From Mobula birostris (taxonomy: Eukaryota), in the NCBI RefSeq assembly GCF_030028105.1, contig NC_092374.1:7277334-7341333 (forward strand): 64,000 nucleotides of DNA. The letters run 5' to 3'. Positions 42,801-51,800 of the stretch are shown in pieces (the first letter of the stretch is position 1; each line of letters opens with the position of its first letter). The notes beneath the pieces are model-generated. The model was not told the origin of the DNA and did no database searches. It saw only the letters and a program-made list of their open reading frames with translations. A program made the position numbers and the translations under genes.

Positions 42801-45800
42801 TATCTCTTTTTGTGCAACTTATTTAATTTAAATTTATACATGTAATTTATAATTATCTAATATTTAATTTTAAATTACACATGGACGTTCCCAGGGCAGA
42901 AATGGCTAATACAAGGGGGCATAATTTTAAGGTGATTGGAGGAAAGTATGGGGGGGTGTGAGAGGTAAGTTTTTCTACATAAAGAGTGGTGGGTGCTGGG
43001 GTTGATGGTAGTGGCAGATTCATTAGGGACGTTTAAGCGACTCTTACATAGTCAGATGGATGATAGAAAATGGAGGGTTTTGAAGGGAGCGAAGGGTTAG
43101 ACTGATCTTGGAGTAATTTACAGATGGGCTGAATGGCCTGTACTGTGTTGTATGTTCCATGCTTAACACATAGAGGAGAAAAAAATTAAATGAAGTATGT
43201 AGCGTGAGGGGGAAGAAGGAAGTCTTCCCCACTGGGAGCTGCTAATGAAAGAGTTCTGCACCTTTCGTTGTTCCTTTTACGTGCTGGGAAGTTGGAGATT
43301 CTGCCCTAAATCAGACTCACTGACTCTGAGAACATCCAGTTGTACGACGAGTGAAAAAGCAGCCAGCCAAAGGAGCTCAGTGGGTCAGCCAGCATCCGTA
43401 GAGGAAAAACAACTCTCAGCATTGCAGGTCAAGAGATTCGACAAGTCTTCAGCAAGCACGAGAGGTGAACTGGTCGTCGATTCATTCCCGTCACAAGTAG
43501 CTGGGGAAGTGAAAAACTTTGTTGTCCGAGCAGATCATTTCATCACATCAGTACACTGAGGCAGTAGAGGGGAAAACACCAGCAGAGTGCAGAATAAAGT
43601 GTGACAGTTACTGAGAAAGTGCAGTGCGGGCAGACAGTGAGGAGCAGGGCCATGGTGAAGTGGGGTGCCACTGTAGCACAGCCGTTAGTGTGACACTATT
43701 ACAGCTCGGGGTGTCGGAGTTCAGAGTTCAATTCCTGCACCGCCTTGTACGCTCTCCCTGTGACCGCGTGGGTTTCCTCCAGGCGCTCCAGTTTCCTCCA
43801 CGGTCTAAGGGTGGACCGGCTCGTAGGATGTACCAGCTGATGGGAGCGGGTCTTTGATTTTGCAGCCTGTTTCACAGAGGCAGGGAGAAGTGTAGACAGA
43901 ATCCACGGAGGGGAGGCTGGCTTCTGTCCTGATCAATGTCACAGGTTGAGCCCTGTCATCGTGTCCTGTCTGCCTCCTCCCCCTGACATTCCGCAGAATC
44001 ACAATTCTGAGATTGATGTGATTATTGGACTGTAGTTTATTTTGCTCTCCTTCAGTTTCTGTTTTCTTTCTTGTTGCCGATTGGTGGGCTGGGGTTCTAG
44101 GGGGGCGATATATTGTTTTTTGTGTGAGTGAGAGAGTTGGGAGGGTGTTTGAGGTTTGTGAGTTTCTTTCTTTTTAATTTTCGTGTAGGAGGGGGGTTTA
44201 CATCTTTTCTTTTAATGAATCCCATGGTTTTTCTGTACATCATGGCTATCTGGAGAAGATGAATATGAGAGTTGTATTCTGCATGAATACTTTGACAATA
44301 AAATGAACCTTTCAACCTTTTTCCACAGATGCTGCCCGACCTGCTGAGTTCCTCCAGCATTTTGTGTGTGTTGCTCTGTATCTCCAGCATCTGCAGATTT
44401 TCTCCTGTTTATGACCATGGTTGTTCTTGGCAAATTTCTCTACAGAAGTGGTTTGCCATTGCCTTCTTCTGAGCAGTGTCTTTACAAGATGGGTGATCCC
44501 AGCCATTATCAGTACACTTCAGAGATTGTCTGCCTGGTGTCACATAACCAGGACTGGTGATATGCACCGGCTGCTCATATGACCATCCACCACCTGCTCT
44601 CAGGGCTTCACGTGACCCTGATCGGGGGCTAAGCAGGGGCTACACCTCGCCCAAGGGTAAAGTGAAGGCTAGCAGAGGGAAGGAGTGTCTTACACCTCCT
44701 TTGGTAAAGACGTATTTTCACCCTGCCACCCTACAATACATTGCAATACGTATTAATAAAAATCTGTAAACTGCAATAAGAAATATCTATCAAATAATTT
44801 TAAATTAGGTAAGTTGCACAGAAAGAGAGAACAAAAAGTTAGAAAAAAGGAGACAAAGTTAATGGACCTCACTTTCTGATTGTCCATTCAGAAACCTGAC
44901 GGCAGAAAGGAAGAAGCTCTTCCTGAAATGTTGAGTGTGTGTCTTCTCTGGGAAGCTTCCTGATCCTCCGTTAGAACTCCACTCATTCCTCCCAGGCTCA
45001 GGCAAGGCCCCGCCGGGGGGCCCGTTGAAGGTCTGGGGGCCACCCTGTGTGAAGGACTGCCTGAGATGGAGATGTGGTGGGGAAACGGAACTCATTACCA
45101 GCCGAGACTGGGAGTGGCCAACATAACACTCAGCCCCAGAGTCTGGACACATAATACAATGGGTTCTTTTCCGGATCTGATCTACAGTCAGATCTCACTC
45201 GGGGACAGATGATAAACCCAGGGTGGGGGTTGATTAGAGAAAGGATAATGGTAGCAGGCTTCCTATCTTCCCCTCCCCCCCCACTCCCAAAACTCTCCCC
45301 ATACCCTGCAGAATGTGTCAATGGTTTCTTACCTGGTCTGACCTGCAGCTGGATCTCACTCTGGAACACATGGATAAATGGGGGTTTGACGTGGTCTCTG
45401 TAGGATGAATAATTATGGCTCTTTTTCCTGAACGCAGCCAGACACAAGTAGCTGTGACTGTCGTTCACACTCAGCTGCTTTATCCTGATCGAGGCGTTTC
45501 CCCACTCTGGGTCCCCGACGAGCTCGTACCGAGTCACTCCGTTTTCCGCTGCCCACGATCCATTTTCATAACGCCTGAATGTGACGATGTGTCGGTAGGG
45601 ATCCTTCCTCATCCACGTCACCGTGTGTGCGGTGAGGTTCTGCGGAGGCCGTGTGAACTCACAGGGTAACGTGGCCGAAGCTCCCTCGGTTCCAGTCATC
45701 ACAGAGACACTCTCGCCGGGAGCTGAGGGAAGGACAGGTGCCAGAATAAATCAGTTAACCACCACCAAACATGTTTAAACACTGACAAAATTTCCAGCCT

Positions 45801-48800
45801 ACAAAATAACAAAAACTCCCCACAGCGCCCTCCCAAATGAAAACACCCCCACATGTGTCTGACTAATTGCAAACCATTCCAACAAGAGAAACTATTTCGA
45901 ACATAAAACAGTCCCATCGGGCAGGAGGTAGAGAAGCCTAAATCTCACACCACCACGTTCAGGAACAGCTAATTCCCTTCAGCCATTCAGTTGTTGAACC
46001 AATTGACACCAACACTAATCAGGAGAGTGTAGCAACACTCATCAGTACAGTGTAACACCAATCAGGATAGTGTAACAACACTAATCACTACAGTGTAACA
46101 ACACTAATCAGTAGAGTGTTACAACACGAATCAGTACATTCTAACAACACTAGTCACAACGATGTAACAACACTAGTCTGTGCAGTGTATGAAGGTTGTA
46201 AGTTATTAAGTCAATTCAATTCAATATAATTCAGTGAAATAATACTAGTCACTAAAGGCAACAAAACAAATCACTACTGTGTAACAACACTAACAACAGG
46301 AATTCTGCAGATACTGGAAATTCAAGCGACACACATCAAAGTTGCTGGTGAACGCAGCAGGCCAGGCAGCATCTCTAGGAAGAGGTACAGTCGACGTTTC
46401 AGGCTGAGACCTTTCGTCAGTCGAAGACGAAGGGTCTCGGCCTGAAACGTCGACTGTACCTCTTCCTAGAGATGCTGCCTGGCCTGCTGCGTTCACCAGC
46501 ATCTTTGAAGTGTAACAACACTAATCAGCAGAGCGGAAGTCCTGTCCTGAGCCTTGTGGCTCATCAGGCCGGTGCTTATGCCGGTTTCTGTGCCATGAAG
46601 CGACTGAGAGTATGAGACTCCCCCCCCCACCCCCACGGATAGGACGGCAGTCTATCGCGAGGTTAACCCCAGCATTTTTGCCCGTACCCATTTTTCGGCT
46701 GGGTAGACTGGAGCATTGTGTGGTTAAGTGCCTTGCTCAAGGACACACGCTGAATCAGTAGAGTATCACGGCAATAATCGGAATACTGTAACAACACTAA
46801 TCACTGCAGTTTAAAAACACTGGTCAGTACTGTGTGACAACACTAGTCAGTACACTGTTACACCAAAAATCACAACAGTGTAACAAAATGAATCCCAACA
46901 GTGTAACTACACTAATGGTGACAGTGTAATAACACTAAGCAGTACAGTGTAACAAGAATAATCAGTACAGAATTAAAACACTAGTCAGATCAGTGCAACA
47001 ACTAGTCCGGACAGGTAACAACATTAAGTAGTACTGTGTAACAGCACTAATCACTAGAATGTAACAACACAAGATACAGTGTAACAACACTAGTTAGTAC
47101 AGTGTAACAACACTAATCACTACAGGTAACAACATTAATCAGTACAGGTAACAACATAAATCACTACAGAGAAACAACACTAATCACTATCGTGTGACAA
47201 CACTAGTCAGTACAGTGTAACAACACTAATCACTACAGTGTAACAACACTAGTCACTACAGGTAACAACATTAATCAGTACAGGTAATAACATAAATTGC
47301 TACAGAGTAACAACACTAATCAGTGCAGTGTAACAGCATTAATCACAAGAATGCAACAACACTATTCAATACAGTGTAACAACACTAGTCAGTAAAGAGT
47401 AACAACACTATTCAGTACAGTATAAAACACTAGTCAGTTCAGTACAACTAAGAATTACCATGTAACATCACATATCAATACAGTGTAACAACACTGAACC
47501 ATACATTGTAACACTAGTCACTGCAGTGTATCAATGCTAGTCAGTACACTGTAACAACGCAAATCATTACAGTGTAACAATATAAATAACTGCAGTGTAA
47601 CAACACTAATCAGAACAGTGTCACAACACTAGTCTCTACAGGTAACAATACTAGTCAGCACAGTGTAATAACATAAATCAGTACAGTATAATAGCACGAA
47701 TCAGGACATTGTAACAACACCAGTTAGTACAGTGTAACAACACAAATCACTACAGTGTAACAAGACAAATAGCTACAGTCTAAAAATGCTCGTCACTACA
47801 GTGGAACAACACTAATCAGTACAGTGTAACAACACAAGAGTAAAGTACAACACTAATCACTACTCATGTAAAACATGAGTCTTTGCAGAGTAACACTAGA
47901 AACGAGTGTAACAACACTAATCAATACAGTGTAACAACACTAGTCATTATGTGTAGCAACACTTTTCCGCACAGCGTAATAACACTAGTCAGTACAGTGT
48001 AATGACACCAGTTACGACAGTGTAACAAACTAATCAGTACAGTGTAACAACACTACACAGTAGACTGTAACAACACTAATCAATACAGTGTAACAACACT
48101 AATCAGTACAGTGTAACAACACTATTCAGTACAGTGTAACAACATTAATTAGTACAGTGTAACACTAGAGGCAACAGTGTAACAGCGCTAATCACTGGAG
48201 TGTAACAAACCTATCAGTAGAGTGTAACAACCCTGATCACTACAGGATAACGATACTACTCAGTACAGTGTGATAACACAGTTCACTGCATTGTAACGAT
48301 CCCAAACACCACATGGTCACTGTTCAAAGCTCTTTTTCACCACCGTGACCCATTGCTGCCTTTTATCCTTGGGCGGTGGACCTGATTGAAGTCCCCTCCT
48401 CTCAAAACTTCTGATATGAGGAGAGTTTGAGGGCTCTGGGCCTGTACTCACTGAAATTCAGAAGAATGATGGGGATCTTATTGAAACCTATTGAATGCTG
48501 AAAGACCTTGATAGAATGAATGTGAAGAGTATTCCTATGGTGGGGAGTCTTAACCCAGAGAACACAGCCTCAGAATACAGGGTGCATTGTCGTTAGCAAA
48601 TTTAATTAGCAGATTGGAGCTGTGGCTGTCGACACAGTCATGGGTATACAGAGAGTAAAGGAGGGGGCTTAGTACACAGCCCTGAGGGGCACCTGTGTTG
48701 AGGGTCAAAGGGACAGAGGTGAGGGAGCCCACTCTTACCACCAGCCAGCGATCTGACAGGAAGCAGCATAAAATCCAGGACCAATGGGCTCCGGGACAGC

Positions 48801-51800
48801 TTCTTCCACCAGGCCATCAGAATGCTTAATTCATGTTGACACTACTGTGTTTCTATGTTATACTGACTATCCTGTTGTACATTATACATTATAAATTACT
48901 ATAATTGCACATTGTACATTTGAAGAGATGTAACGTAAAGATTTTACTCCTCATACATTTAAAAGATGTGAGAAATCAGGTCAGTTCAATTTTAGAATGG
49001 AGATGAGGAGGAATTTCTTCAGCCAGAGAGTGACCAATCTGTAGAATTCGTTGCCACGTGTGGCTGTGGAGGCCAGTTCAGTGGGTATATTGAAGGCGGA
49101 GGTTGATAGATTCTTCACTGGTCAGGGCGTGAAGTGATACGGGGAGGAGGAGGGAGACTGGGGCTGAGAGGGAAATGGATCAGCCATGTTGAAATAGCAG
49201 AGAAGACTCGATGGGCTGAATGGCCTAATTCTGCTCCCATGCCTCATGGTCTTATGGGCACTAGCCTACCCAACATCCAAGACATCTTCAAAAGGAGATG
49301 CTTCAACAAGGAGGCGTCCAACACTGAGGACCCCCATAACCCAGGATGTGCCCTCTTCTCATTGCTGCCATCAGGCTGGTGGTACAGGAGCCTGAAGTCA
49401 CACACTCGATGTTTCAGAAACAGCTTCTTCCCCTCCACTATCAGATTTCTGAATAGACATTCAACCCATGAACGCTACCTCATGACCTTTTTTCTCCTTT
49501 TGCACGAATTATTTAATTTAACTTTTTATATAATTGGGCATCGTAAATTGTTCATTGTAAATTGTTCATTGTAAATTGTTCACTGTTAATTGGTCATTGT
49601 GAATTGTGGTGGGTTCAATCGATGGGTTTCTGGGTGGTGGGGCTCATTGGGCCGGAAGGGTCTGTTCCGTGCGGTGTCTCTAGATTAATAAACAAGTAAA
49701 TAATGAGGTCAAGAGTGCATCGTATCGTACTTGGGGACCACTCAGTCGTTATAACTGCAGGATAAAAGCTGTCCTTCAGCCTGGTGCTCCGTGCATCCAG
49801 GCTGTTGTATCTTCTGCCCAATGGGAGAGGGCAGAAGAGAGGATGACCAGAGTGGATGGGAGTTGATTTTGCAGCCTGTTTCACAGAGGCAGGGAGAAGT
49901 GTAGACAGAATCCACGGAGGGGAGGCTGGCTTCTGTCCTGATCAATGTCACAGGTTGAGTCCTGTCATCGTGTCCTGTCTGCCTCCTCCCCCTGACATTC
50001 TGCAGAATCACAATCGGGATTCGGATAATCTCACTGGCTTGTGTTTTGTGCAGCAGTACATTGCAATCATCATCATCAGTGTGTGCTGTGTTGTGTGATG
50101 TGGGCAATCACAGTCTCTGAACCATGACTAACACACACAAAATACTGGAGGAACTCAGCAGGCCAGGCAGCATCTATGGAGAAGAGTAAACAGCTGGCGT
50201 TTCAGGCTGACCCCTCCATCAGGACTCATTTTCATTTTAAAATCTTTTTTTATTAATTATTATTGAAGATCAACAAAAAATACATTAATCAAGTCAACAT
50301 GTCAATGTGTACAATGAGAAATTAAATGATCAAATAACTGATTAACAAAGCTAAACAATAATAATAAGAAAAAAAAATGTTAAAACTAATTTTTTGGAAA
50401 AAAGAAAGGAGGGAAAAAGAACCCCTACTAACTAAAACAAAATGAAATCCCTACTAACAAAAAAACCTCCAAAAAAACCCATTGGGAGCACAACCACGGA
50501 GCTATACACCATACAAGCTTCCATAAAAGATAACACATCAATCCACCAACTCAACGCCATTTACACAAGAATCAGAAGGGAACCATCTTAATTAACGCAA
50601 ATCAAATGATAGTAGCGGGCAAAAGAACCCCACCTTTTCTCAAAGTCAAATCAAGGATCAAAAGTTCGACTTCTGATTTTTTCCAAACTAAGACATAACA
50701 TCACCTGAGAGAACCATTGTATCAAAGTGGGAGCAGAGACATCTTTCCACTTCAATAAAATAGCCCTTCTGGCCAATAATGTGACAAATGTAATTACATG
50801 TTGGTCTGATATAGAAATACCAGGAATAAATTGAGGGATTATACTGAACAAAAGTGTCAATTTATGAGGTAGTTTATTTTGCTCTCCTTCAGCTTCTGTT
50901 TTCTTTCTTGTTGCTGATTGGCGGGTTGGGGTTCCAGAGGATGATGTATTGTTTTTTATGTGAGGGAAGGAGTTGGGAGGGTGCTTGAGGTTTGCCAGCT
51001 TTTTACTTTTTTACTTTTACTTTTCATGTGGGACGGGTGTTGACGTCTTCTTTCATAATGAATCCCATAGGTTTTCCGTAGATCATGGCTATCTGGAGAA
51101 GATAAATATCAGAGTTGCATTCTGCGTGCATACTTTGACAATAAAATGAACCTTTCAACCTTTTTCCATAGATGCTGCCCGACCTGCTGAGTTCCTTCAG
51201 CATTTTGTGTGTGTTGCCCTAGATGTCCAGCATCTGCAGATTTTCTCCTGTTTATGACCATGGTTGTTCTTGGCAAATTTTTCTACAGAAGTGGTTTGCC
51301 ATTGCCTTCTTCTGGGCAGTGTCCATACAAGATGGGTGACACCAGCCATTATCAGTACTCTTCAGGACTGGTGATATGCACCGGCTGCTCATACGACCAT
51401 CCACCACCTGCTCTCAGGGCTTCACGTGACCCTGATCGGGGGCTAAGCAGGGGCGACACCTCGCCAAAGGGTAAAGTGAAGGCTAGCGGAGGGAAGGAGA
51501 GTCTTACACCTCCTTTGGTAAAGACGTATCTTTACCCTGCCACCCTGTTATACATTGCAACACATATTTATAAAAAAACCGTAAATTACAATAAGAAATA
51601 TATATCCACATGTATAATTTTAAATTAAATAAGTAGCACAAAAAGAGAGAAAAAAAGGAGAAAAAGTGAGCTGGTCCTCACTTTTCTGACTGTCCATTCA
51701 GATATCTGATGGCAGAAAGGAAGAAGCTCTTCCTGAAATGTTGGGTGTGTGTCTTCTCTGGGAAGCTTCCTGAGCCTCCGTTAGAACTCCACTCATTCCT

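Noticed and set aside
43245-43559. Non-repeat-looking segment between V and TM as a possible C2 or stalk exon
   Set aside because: No Ig motifs, and the candidate AG..GT segment has a stop in the phase-1 frame.
46010-48298. RSS-like look of the satellite (TACAGTG/CACAGTG, 23-bp period) next to V exons
   Set aside because: No ACAAAAACC nonamer at 12 or 23 spacing in the instances checked. The array is 5' of the V exons, and the V exons already contain the G strand and end in splice donors, so no V(D)J rearrangement is implied.
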